Under the pieces are notes generated by a model that had not been told where the DNA came from, searched no databases, and worked only from the letters and a program-made list of their open reading frames with translations. Below are positions 50,301 through 62,970 of a stretch of DNA of 64,000 nucleotides, one piece after another. Source of the stretch: Trichosphaerium sp. ATCC 40318 (lineage: Eukaryota > Protista > Tubulinea); contig JALMLS010000342.1 of assembly GCA_038496445.1 (NCBI GenBank), positions 1-64,000 on the forward strand. Reading direction: 5' to 3'. Within the stretch, counting starts at the first letter, position 1; each line of letters starts with the position of its first letter. The translations under genes and the position numbers were made by a program.

Positions 50301-53300
50301 ACAAAACGCTATAGAACATGTAAGACTAATGACAGTATTGACGGGATAAATTTTTTTTTTACCTCTAGGAACTTTATGAAGGGCGTTCGATTATCTGAGA
50401 GTGTTTCTTCTGTTATTTTTTCATCTTTAATGTCAAGTTCTTTTTGTGCTTCCTTTGCTGCTTGCTCTTCCAAGTATTTTTGTTCTTCCTCAAATATTTT
50501 ATTGGCGCTATCCTCACCAGTGTGCAGCTTTGCTAGTGATTCTAGCCTTTCTTGTCGCATAGCTTCATTCTTTTTAGCTTGTTCTTCTCGCTTCTGCTTC
50601 GCTATTTCCCTTCTTTGAGCTTCACGTACTTGTCTACGTTCTGTAATATATTTCTCAAGGTTCAAGAATTGTCCGTCCAATATTACGGCACCTAAAAGGG
50701 AGTGTTATGGAATTGAATCCTTTTTTTTGTAGTTGTCGTACGTGCTGTTCCAGCATAAATATCTTCCTCCTTTATACCAAAGTCTCTTAGCATGGGGTCG
50801 AGATCATCATCGTCTTCGATTACAGGTTTATCAGGCTCGCGCTCTTCTTCTGCTTCTTCTTCTTGTGCTTGTTCTTGTGCTCTTAGCTTCCTTTCTTCTT
50901 CTTCTGCTTCCATTCTTCGTTTGTCTGCTTTATTCATCAACCGGCCTTCTCTCTTTTCTTTCTTCGCTCTGCTCTTTGCAGTATTAAAACCTAATACTAA
51001 TTGCCTTTGAACTATATCTGGATCTATAGTTGCCAATACATATAGCAACTTTATTATGGGTTAACGTTTGAAATAGTACATTGTAGGGTGTCGTACAGAT
51101 AACATGTAACGCTCAGAAAGAGGAAGATCCTTGATTTGATCGTGGTGTCTTGCTAGCTGAGTAATGCGGTTGGTGATAAAATGCGTCAAAAAAAAGTTCA
51201 AAGTGAGCGTACTCGAGATTCTACATCTTGAGCATTATACTGGTCAAAGTGAAGCTTTTTCATGTAATCAACTTGTGTCTTTTGAGCCAACTTGTCTGCA
51301 TAACGATCCTATCATATGTTCAGTAAAAATGACTGGTATCAATTTACTTACGGTTATAGTATTGGCAAGCTGTTTAAGGTAATTCTCTTGTTCAAACTTA
51401 AATCTACTGAGCGGTCCTCCAACACGATACATATAGCTTTTTCTTAAGTACTCAGGCGTTGGAAACCATGCTCTTTCATTTTGCTCCGCTACAGTAAGCT
51501 TAGGTGGGAAGCGAGCTTCCATAAGCTTCAAGTAAAATCGATCTTTTTCACGCTAAATATTACTTAGACACCAATTAATAGATCTTGAAGAAATTACCTT
51601 TGGACTAGAACTACCAAACAAAGGTTCCAATGTAGACTCTGGTAGATGTGGGACAAGGCTTGGAAACCAGTGTACTATTAAATATCCAAGAGGGTGAGGG
51701 CGGTGGGAAGGTTCTTTCAGTGCGTTGTCTTTTTTGGCAGTACTAAGAGCCAGTTAGAAAAAAAATTAATAATAAAACTAGCCGTGTCATACAGTATCTC
51801 TATGTGAGCTTCCATTGGCACAAGCTTTTTATAAGCAGTAGATTCAAGAGCTCCAATATCATTTTTTATATACAATTCCTCTTCTGTAGCCTCCTTACCT
51901 TGTGTTTGCTCTTGGAGAGCTTTCAATTCTGTTTTCTTTGAGTAGATTTTACCCCTTCATTAAATTAGTTATGCTACAATACGAGACGAACACAATCTTA
52001 CCTTATGTCTCCATACTGGCTGATGAGTTGCACGCCATCTCTCACAGATTTAATTGTATCAAAAAGTTCCCATTGCTTTGCCAAAGGATTATTACCAACA
52101 ATATATACATGTGGTTTGAAATTGGCTTCATCCAAATCATCGCTAAACTTGTTGAACACTGGCTCTTGTTCTTCTGGTAATACACGCTTTAGTGCTTCGT
52201 TGAGCTGCAAGTATGTATTTACTGCTTTGTCAAAGACGGCTACATCAGCTTCTTTGATCACTTCAAGCCTATGAACAAGCTCTTCGGTGATTTCGTTTAA
52301 ATGCTGCATTTTAGCGATAACGTCAGCAGGATATTGCTTGACCTCAGCTCTCTTCATCATTGAATCAATATCTGTTAAAGCAGTTGTACGTATCAAGTTG
52401 ATACCACTTTCTCCACATGCCTGAAAACATAAGTATTTTGTAATTAACGTTCTACTTGTACGTACAGTCTCAACACTGTGCATCTTTGATAGAAATGTAT
52501 GATCCTCACTCATACCTTCTGGAAACTCAAGAAACTTTTTAGCTCTTCGATACCTCATCATTTCCAAAACTTCTAGAACTCGTGGTATAAACCTTTTAAT
52601 CTTTTTTTCTGGTTTATCTCCAGTAGAGAGCAATGGTCGTTCTAACAGTTTCTTCCTTTCGTATTCTGCATACTCTTGTGTATCTTTCTTAAGTTCTTGT
52701 ATTGCGGATCTAATCGCCCCAGGTTTGCCCTATAAACATAAGTTTTCTTGTCTTCTAGGTAGTAATCTACTCTTTCATACAATGTCGTTAAGTAGGTCTT
52801 TAATTGGTGCTTCCTTTCTCTCCCAGTTTTTCCTTTCCTTTTCTTCCAAAGACTGTTTGTCGTTCAAATAACATTCGGCGTCCTTTACAAACTTTGTTGC
52901 AAGTTGCTCATCAACGTCCTTATATTCTGCTTCGGCTATACCGTCCTTTACAGAGTTACTTTAACAGAAAGCCATTAAGGAACATACCGCTCTAGCAATA
53001 CCCCTGCCAAAAGAGTGGTCTTTATCGAAAGAGTATGGCGTGGGTCTTCCAAGCTCATCTGCTTCAGGTATTGGTGCAACGTAAGGTCGCAAACTGTGAT
53101 GAAATAAGACACAAGCTTAATAATGTAAAATTGTAGGTACCTTTTTCTTTTTTCTGCAACAGCACGTGCTCTATTTATGTACTCTTCAGTTTCTTCTGGA
53201 TTATCTAGAAAATTTCCAACGTTTGACGTGTTCAACTTCGAGACAGGCTCATAAACTTGGTCTTCTCCAGTTGGTTCCCTCTCGTACTCACGTTGCTTGT

Positions 53301-54273
53301 GTATAGGGTACTAACAGATGTGAGTAAACTTTAGCAATACTCGCTCAATAGGATGGTACCTTCCATTTGTGGTCAGTAGATCCAAGGTTCTCGTCTTCTT
53401 CATATAATTCCTTAACATCTGATAATCCTGGTATTATCTTTAGGGCGTTTTTAAGAACAGGATTCTCTTCGAACAATCTTTTAGTTTTGTTTGAATCCTA
53501 CCAAATTACAGTAAGTATATGGTAAATTGTAGCACGTGCAGTGCAATTTGTCAAACCTGGAACTCCAAATAAGATGTTGCCATCCTTAAATTCTTCTCTT
53601 TCTTTGCATCTTCGTTCTCCCTGTAGTCCAGGTACTTTTTACGAGATGCTGCACCATGCTTAAAAGGTGTGAGTAGTGGTTGTAGATAAACAAATCCAGA
53701 ACAAAAATATTGTGAGAATGGAACGTACAGTAAGCCACCATTGCTCAGGATGCCAATCAAGCATCTAGCAGTCTTGTAAGGAAATACCAATAAACGCTAT
53801 TTACCTGTTTCTCTTCGTATGGTATGGCAGCGTCGCCTGTTTCAATTCTTTCCTTCCAGTCAAGATACGCAATTTTACGGATACGCGCACGACGCATTGT
53901 AGTGTGCATATTCTCCATACTCCAGTGGGCGCTCTTTTTATCAGCACGCATTATAATTTTAGTGCGACCAGCAGCTCTTGGCGGGTTTCGCCTTTGTGTG
54001 TTAGCTTTGTAGAGTATAATTAGAGTGTATTGTACCATAGCGTCCTCTGTTCATACTCAGTAACGTAATTCTTCCACAAACTGCCTAGAACAGGAAAATT
54101 GAACTTAACAAAGGTCCTTGTGCTCGGGTTTGGCGTCGAGGTAATAACATGTGATGGAAGTGCGAGTTTTCTCGTGTGCTGGATATATTAGGCGATTGCG
54201 AGCGTTTAACGCAACGTACTCTTGTTTCTTTACGTATTCTCGAAATACGGCCACTTAAGCGAGCCAAACTCAT
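47347..54273 (-). CDS. Very large uncharacterised protein with a mitochondrial-presequence-like N-terminus
   Basis: Arg/Ser-rich, acid-poor N-terminus; a chain of minus-strand exons that join in frame at the junctions checked (48050-48480, 49880-49970); coiled-coil-like E/K/R tracts; could be more than one gene. Confidence 0.6.
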
Positions 54274-54424
54274 TTCTGATTACTCTATAGTGCTTACGAG
54301 CATACTACTGGTTAATGGCTGAGTTTATTTTGTAATACGGCCAGTAAAACGAAGTCAAAATCCTGTGAAGCAAATCTCTAGTGTAAAACATTTGAGCGTT
54401 AACACTAGGTGTCAAGAGTTGTAA

Positions 54425-57400
54425 ATGCTAAAACCGATCTTGCGCACCAGAGGGAACTCCTCTGGTAGTATAGGATTACCCAGTTTCGCAACAGCGAGGT
54501 CGCTAGTACCTGCTTTTAGGCCTGAGGATGGCGAAGACGACAAGGCTAGCTGGATTGCTATTAATCGCACAAGTAATGTTTCAGATGCACCAATTCCTTT
54601 GAAAAGCACCAGAGATTCTGTTACTAAGTTTCTATACGCCACAAACCTCGAGTGCGCAAATTCTACCAGTAATTCAACCAACAAGTTGTAGCATACTCCT
54701 GGAACTGAGCCAAGTGATCCTAAGCTTCATTTGGTGCGTTTTGTATGTTGTACAAACATACATTACCTCCAATATTGATGAGTCTCGGGAAATTGATTGC
54801 TCCCTCTATCTGACGCAAATGCTGGAAACAGTACAGGCCATTACCATTGCAAATCTTACAGCACCAAGCATAACTGCCAACACAGTTTGTGAGACCGGAA
54901 CCGAGCTACCTGCAAGCTTGCAGTCGCTAGTGCGTACACACCTTTTTATTTTTCTCGTCGTTTCGAATTTAACAAGAGTAACACGTGTCCAGGACTACTT
55001 TTTGGCAGCTGTTTTCACTGTTTATTTCGTGTTTTATTTTGTACTCGCTTCAAACCGCATGCAGTATTTGTACCAATTTTTCTCGTTAGGTACGCGTACA
55101 ATGACAACTTTTGTTCTATGTTAGTACTAACAACTTACCTTTTCTCACTTTTCGCTAGTTGATTATGTAACACTTGTACCAATTTACTTTCAATCACTTG
55201 GGATTACGCAACTCAGCTTTTTAAGATTCTTGCGTATCGCTAATATTTTACGTATATTTCGCGTTTCAAGGTACGCTAATCCTTGGAAAATTGTTGCACT
55301 CTTTTGCAAAACCTACTTGTTACAACTACCCACAACTACTTTCGAAAAATCAAAACAAAATTGATTGCATATTCTTACTCTTTTTGACAAATGCATGTAG
55401 AGTGCTATACTTTGGTAGAACTGGTACAACTAGGAGTCACGTGTCAACAAAGTCTCACTGTTTTTGATTAGATGTGCAACGTCAAGTCTTACGTATTTTA
55501 TTTACTGTGCTGGCTATAATTTTTGTGGCTGCTTGCTTAATGCTTCTTCTGGAACCAAAGACATTTCTTAACTTTCATACTTCTCTTTACTTTGTTATTG
55601 TCTCAATAACAACAGTTGGTTTTGGCGATATTGTGCCTAAGACCATTCCAGCAAGAGTTGCTATCATGCTTATCATCTTGACCGCATTCGTGTTTATTCC
55701 ACTACAGGTACGTGCTTTGGATTTATTTGGTTTTGTTGCACGTCATTAATTGGTTGCACTTCAGGGTTATTACCTTGGTCAGTTGCTTACATTCAGCAAA
55801 AATAAGATGGATGGAATTTACTTCCCGCGAAGCAGTAAAACCAGGTATGGTTTTGGCTTTCAGAATGATTTGTCGCTAGTTAACACTTGTTTAAAGACAC
55901 GTGTTGCTTACAGGAAATCTAACACTTCACAACATTGAAGCCTTTGTTCGCAATTTCTACAGTGATCCTTTGGTGCGTGGATACTTTAAAACACTATTGA
56001 AGTACTTAAGCTTTTGTAGAAAAGTGTATACAGTGTTGTTATCTTAGGGGAAGATAGTCCGTCAAGGCCAGTAGAGAAGTTTCTGAAAAACAGAGAGTAC
56101 ATGGATAGAGTAGAATATTTTCGTGGGTCATCAATGGTTTGTCAAGTGTTGTTTTTATCCTTCTCATACACAATTAGGATATGAAGGATTTATCACGTGT
56201 TCGCGCAGGTGGGATTTTGAGAATTAAAACCACCATAGCTCCTAACACAACTTCTAGCTGAGGCTGAAGCACACTTTGTATTTTGTGATGCAATTGCTGC
56301 TGATTATGTTCACGAGGATAAGATTACTATGATGAGGTGTTTAGCAATCCATAATATTGATGTCAATGCTGTTATCTTTGCACAAGTAATCACAAGCGAT
56401 GCTCGTACTGTTATTCTGAAGTCGTACCCTTTTATTACGCCGATATGTGTAAACGAACTTAAATTTGTACGCTATTTTGCTCTTGAGAAAATCAAAAGCT
56501 AACATGTCACACAAAAGGGCGTCATTGCTAGAACTGTTCTTCTCCCAGGATTCCAAACTCTTGCATGTAACTTGGTGAGACCAGAATCTTATATGGAATC
56601 GTATAGAAATACAGGAAACGAATACTGTACGTTTGATAACAATCCTTTTTTGCTTATTTGTAACCTAATGTTATTAGTTTGGAGTGTTAGTAATTCCATT
56701 TATTTGGTAAACTTCCTGAGAGCATGAAAGATCTCAGTTTCTCTGACGCAGCCTTGGTACGTTGACGTGCACAATACGAAGATGGAGTGTTTGTAACTCT
56801 TTGATTATAGATACTTTTCGAGCTGTTTAATGCTACGTTATTTGGTGTTCTTGTTGAGGATGTATCTGGAGATGAAGATCAAGAATATAATGTTACAAAG
56901 ATGTTCGAAAATAATGAGCCCTTTGACGAGCACCACTATATCTCTATAAACCCTGGTAGCAATGTATGTTAATCATGTTCTTTTGTTACTTCTATTCTAA
57001 GTGTTTTCTAGTTTAAATTCTCTGGGATGGAACAAGGTTATATCATTGCTACTGACGCCAGTGTTATTAGAAGTATTGAGCGCATAGAAGCACAGCACTT
57101 TCACAGATTTTGCGAACATTGAAGCCACAAGGGCTCAAACACTCTTCAGTCCTACCACAAAAATCACCTCTTACCCAAAGTTGTAAAGAGCAGTACGTGA
57201 TACGTTTGATTATTCCATGAAAAATTCCATAAGTATTAACACCTCCTAAGCGAAGCGTTGATCTCTGATTCACCGAGAAAGAGAAACTTTTATTGCAATG
57301 CAATTCGACCTCCATTATCTTCAGCAATTATTGCTGATGCCAGAGGTCTTAAACAGTTTAAGGATCACATCATTGTTGCAGGGCATCTAACACATGTCGC

Positions 57401-58823
57401 TAGTTTGTTAGGTACGTTAATCAGCTTTTTCGAAGTACCAAATACAAGGTTCATTCTCTTACTTATAATAGAACCTCTTCGATCTACATTCCTTTCAAAA
57501 TGTGTACCAGTAATTTTATTACACCCTGGGCACCCAAGTAAAGATTGGTGGCAAACTGTTTCAGATTATAAGGACGTTTATGTTGTTTTGGTTAGTACTT
57601 GTTAACAATCATTTTTCTATCTTATTTTTTTTTCAAAAACAGGGCAGTCCATTTGTTGCGAGTGACTTGAAGCTCACTGGTATAAGTAAAGCAAATTGTG
57701 TTATTATTCTATCAACTATGGCGGATAACTATCTCGGTACGGATAGATCATTAATCACGTTTTCTTCTAATAGATGACAGATGCCGATGCAATCTTGTGT
57801 TATAGAAATGTTTCCTCTACGTTAAAGGCTGAAAAAAACAAAAGCTGTAGAGTACTTATCGAGTTTGCATACCAAAGTAGTATTACTTTTTTAGATGAGT
57901 CAGGTAACAGATTTTATTTTTTTGTGCAATGCACTTTGATTCCTCCTTTTTTGTGCTTTCTAAAAATAATATCTCCGGCTGACCTGGTTTTACCATAGTT
58001 GCACAAGACAGCGAGTGTTATATGGCAGAAGAATATGTTAGTGGTAATGTATATTACACACCTTTTGTAGACACAATGACTGTTCAGGTATTATTTTTAT
58101 TCAGTGACAATTTCGTGATATGCAACTAATGTCCCATTAGACATTCCTAACTCCACATATTCTTGATATTATGAGAACTCTTTTTATGTGGAATACAGGT
58201 CACGTTGTTTCGAACTTATACATGGCACCAATTCCATTAGAATACATTGTACGCATACTACATTAATAGTTTGGTCTAATTTTTTGTGACAGGGCCAATC
58301 CTACTACGAATTATTTAAGTACCTCGTTCTCAGCTATCAAACACCTTTGGCTCTTGCACGTCGTACTAAAGCAAATAAAAGGATGCTTATTTTAACGAAT
58401 CCACCTGCTGGTATGCCTTACCTCTAATGATACTTGTATCTTGTAAAAACCTTTTGTTAGATACTGTCATAAAAGCGACTGATAAGGTTTATATCTTATC
58501 AACAAAAAATTTACTTCAACCTCCTAAACGTACGTCTAAATCTTTTTATTCAGGTCTTTTTTTTGCTGGGCCATTTTTCGCTTATTTTATACATCGTTGT
58601 TTACTCTATATTACAAAAAAAATCTTTTATTTACGTTTTAACTAAAACCTCGTCAATACAGACTAAATTTAGTATTAACTCTATTTTGATAGAAAGCCAT
58701 TCAGCACCTGAAATCAAAATAAATGGAAAAAGAAAGCCAAAAAATAAGAAACGTGTACGCATACAAAATGCTGAAGATTTAACTGGGAAAGAACTAAAGA
58801 CCAATGAAAAATCATCAGATTAG
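54425..58823 (+). CDS. BK/Slo-family Ca2+-activated K+ channel (6TM + two RCK domains)
   Basis: S4 FLRFLRIANILRIFR, pore YFVIVSITTVGFGDIVPKT, RCK motifs HVLLTG, YFRGSS..DLSRV, PIICVNELK, DHIIVAG, GSPF...DL and TDADAIL; two apparent 1-nt frameshifts. Confidence 0.9.
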
Positions 58824-59070
58824 TTTGCGTAACAACACCTGTACTATAGATATATCCTGTACAAAACGAAAGAAGGAAGCTTTATTATCAACACAATGCC
58901 TGTACTTTGTTAACTCTTACTTTAAAAATTCCACGTGTGACATGAGTTACAGGTGAACAAAGTATATGCTTTACTAACGCCATGCTATTCTCGAAAACCT
59001 CCTTTATGTTTTTCAATTCTATTTTACAAGTAGCTCCATAATTGAGACGAACCAAAAAAAACAATTACAG

Positions 59071-60465
59071 TTAATCATCTGTAATCTTTCCAAGCTCAGC
59101 TAACCAATCATCTAGTCCTTCACCTAGCCCATCTAGCCCTTCAACTTCTTCAAGGGTTTTCATTATTGCTTCCAGTGATATATCATCATCATCTGTCTCA
59201 TCAAGCCCATCTAATCCTTCTAGCCCATCCAATCCTTCTAGCCCTTCTCGTTCTTTAAGGCTTCCCATCATTGCTTCCAGTGATGCCATATTATCACTTG
59301 TCTCATTTGGCTTATTAAGGCCTTCCAGGTTTTCCATCATTGATTCTATCGAGACTTTAGTATCATCAAACATACCATAGAACAACGGATATATAGGATC
59401 CTTTTGTTTAATCATTCTAAAGTTCAAATAAGTAACGAATAAAACAAAGCGTTTTTGGGCCTGGCTGGTAGCCAAAAAAAAATCAAAGGAATCCAACTTA
59501 CGATGCTTTTAAAATGCACTCGCATAGTGTTGACATTACAGGTCTGCAACTTTCTAGGTTTCCATCATTTTCGTATAAACACTTATCCAACTTTGTAAGT
59601 TGATTTGGACATTTTGCACCAGCATGAATTATTTCATAAGTAAAAGCCTCATCATTGGGTGTCTCTGTATCGGAAGCAATATGTTCTTGTCCATAACGGC
59701 TTGCTAAAGTATCTAATGTAGCATCCACCTCCATTTCTTGCGGATGATCATTCTCGCTTAGAAGACCACGATCATTGAGTGCAACAATACGATCATACTT
59801 ATCTAATAATTCGTCTTCCATCTTCTCTTTAAAAATAGGCTTATCAAGGACACTCTCAATGCCAACTGATGCTTCAACTACTTCTTCTGCTAAATATTTT
59901 CTACGTTCAAATTCTTCTACAAGCTTATTTGTAGCAGCTACTAATTCGGCATTACCGTTTTCTTTCATTTTTCCAAATCCACGTGGTCCACCGTACTCCT
60001 GAAGCAACTGAATTAATATCTTGAGACTTCAATCATAGTAGCGTACCCTAATAGCTTCTCTGCTTATCCCCCAACGCCATTTACGCTTGAAGAAAGAAGT
60101 TAAGCTTAAACGTTATTGTTTCTGGATTTAGGCGTACGATAGCTTCTTTAGTATTCGTGGAATTACGAACGAACGTCTCATCGGCCAATTTGCGAGAGTA
60201 CCGTATGCGTTCAGTTGTACAATCGCTAGTGATAGCTCCAGGCGTTAATACAGTCCAAATACGCGTAGTACTCTTTCGGACACATCAAAGCAGAAATGCA
60301 TGATGTGTAACTGTATAAAGCAGCTCTTGTTGAGGGGTTTTGCTCTCCATACGCGTTTTCGCTCTCACGCATGAAAGTGTACTTAAAATTCAAGCAAGTA
60401 TCAAAATCGATGAGCATTTGCCTTACTTTATATTGTTTAATGTCTAAAACGCCAATTAGAGACAT
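59071..60465 (-). CDS. CHCH (CX9C) domain protein with acidic repeat tail
   Basis: CPKEYYAYLDC and twin CPNQLTKLDKC-X10-CRPVMSTLCEC motifs; C-terminal GLEGLDGL/SLEAxM repeats. Confidence 0.6.
59100..59340 (-). repeat. Coding tandem/near-tandem repeats (GLxGLDGL; SLEAxMxxL)
   Basis: Repeated (t)ccttctagccc(a) and cattattgcttccagtgat / catcattgcttccagtgat units. Confidence 0.6.
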
Positions 60466-60617
60466 TGTTTGTGTCAAAGTTATGTACATGCAAATACCCA
60501 GCCTGGAGGCGGATCTTCCATCGTAAAGCGTACTAATATCAAGGATGACTTCACTCTTTCCCACCTAAAATCAGCTACAATTTTTTGAATTTTCAACACT
60601 ATTCTTATCAGTTAAAG

Positions 60618-62890
60618 ATGGCGGATATTGAACGACAAGACCTCGAAGAGATATTGTATTGTACACACACATTATTGGAGGTACGTTATACCATTCTACG
60701 TTGAAACTGATTTTTGAAGGACGCTCTTAATGCCTACGCACCCTTGACGCCTCATAAAGGTCAACCAGAACCTTATAATCTTCGCCCAGATGTAGCACAT
60801 TTAAAATCGGTACTATCATAGACACTACGCATTACTAACGAAGCAGAGAGTGTTGGAGTACACCTCACTGAGGAACTTTCTCACAGCATTGAAGCAATTC
60901 AGGAAATTGGTTTGTGAGCACAAGGTACCACCCACAGGCTACACCTACTAGCCTACAACAAAATGTCACTAAATTGTAAAATACCAGCACATTCAATTAC
61001 TGGAACTTGCCAACACCGTCGCTCTTAAGGTACTTAATCCCTCCAACCTCTTACTGACAAGTACTAAGGCCGCATCAACACTCCAAAGTGGACGTATACG
61101 AATATTAAAACGCTTAACGGCAAAACAAGTTGCAACAGCTCGTAAACGCAAATGCACGCCACTTTTACTATGGCATTACTTCCTAACGGTACGCTAGGTT
61201 CATCTCCGTTACAAAGATCTCCAAAACGCCGTAAAGCAGTTGAACCGTCATCACCAACCAAATTATACCCAGTATTACAACAGCCTCTGAACCTTGTTCT
61301 TAATGGCATTCCAAGGAATAATAGCACTGATGATCTATTTGGAAGTACGCATTGCCACCCGTTTTGTAAACAAAAGCACGTGAATTTTATTGATTTTTTA
61401 GGCAATAGCCCTATGCGTGCTCCAGAACCTATTGAGGAATCTGCTGTGGAGAAAATGCCCGCTCCTCCTGCTCCAAACACTGTCATTCCTATTGAAACAA
61501 CAAAGAGACTGCAAAATCTAGCTGAAGATGAAAAAAAAGAGATGGAAGCCAAATTGACAAAATTACGAAACAGACATTTTATGCATGTACCAAGAGATGA
61601 GATTGAATTAGACTTTGACTTTAGTCTTGGAAGAGGTTAGTGTATTGATATTGTACTTATCAACGGAACCTTAAAAACTTTTACAGGAAGCTTTGCTTCT
61701 GTTTACAAAGGGAAATTGAGAGGTACGATAAATGGAGTTTATATCTAAAATATACACGTGCTTAGTCTTTTCTAGGGTGTCAAGGTAATTGTAGTCAAAG
61801 AGTGTGTTATACTAAATGCTAAACCAACGTAGTTGCTATTAAATTCTTTACAAGAAAAGTTAAAGATGACGAGTTCCAAGCCGAGATAGATAAATTAAGG
61901 TAAACCTTTTACCTTTTTTATTATTATTATCCTTCTTTGACATCTCACTAGTTTTCTTCGTCATCCTTCGATTGTTACATACATGGGTTACTGCAAAACA
62001 GAAAAAGAAAAGATGATCATCATGGAATTTATGGAACTTGGTAACACAAGGGTGGCACTCATTATGTAAATCTAACTTGGATGTTAAGGAAGTTTATTTG
62101 ATGTACTTCATAGTGGTAACGAAAACCACTATATCAGTGATTGGAGCAATAAGATTAAGATGGGAAAAGACACGGTACAAATAATGAGGTATGTGCTAAG
62201 TACCTAATCCTCTCCAAGGCATCTGCAATGGTATATCTCCATAGCTCCAACTTTAGGCAAGTAAAGATTTAGTACTGAATCAAATTGCGCTAAATGCTTA
62301 CAGACACATGGATTTGAACAGCAAAAACGTACTTGTTAGTAGGGAGCATAAAGTCAAAGTGGCGGATTTTGGTTTATCTCATGAACTTGAAGAAGACTAC
62401 GAAGCATCTCAAGCTGTTAGAAAAGTTGGGTATAGTGGTTATAACATTTCAATATATCTATGCATTATACTCAAGGATACATTTTTATAGAACACTGCGA
62501 TGGATGAGTCCAGAAATGTTAAGAAATAAATGTGATTCAATGCAAAAGAATGATGTATACTCTTTTGGTATTATTCTCTATGAACTAGCGTAAGTTTGTG
62601 CGGTAAAAGCGCCTTTAGTTCTAATATAAAATAGATCCTTAGCTATTCCTTACTATGACAAAGTTGACTCAGACGTCAAGTACGAAATATACAATACTGA
62701 GGATTTTTTGCTAAATTTTTTTGTTCACAAAAGATGGAGTATTCGCAATCATATTCCGCCAAAAGTCCCTGATACTTCGATATGGAGAGATAATAAACCT
62801 TATAAAAAGGTCATGGAACAGTGTTGGAAAAAAGATCCAAAGCAAAGGCCAACTTTTAAAGAGATATGCGTTCTTCTAGACGAATTGTAA
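60618..62890 (+). CDS. Tyrosine-kinase-like (TKL) protein kinase, non-RD
   Basis: LGR|GSFASVYKG, VAIKF, LRHPSIV, HMDLNSKNVLV, VADFGLS, GTLRWMSPE, DVYSFGIILYEL and CWKKDPKQRPTF. Confidence 0.93.
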
Positions 62891-62970
62891 AACAAAGTAC
62901 TTTGTAAAATAGAAAAATAAATGTAAAGTTTTGCTATGTATTCTTCTTTAGATCTTTTGAGGTCAACTCA

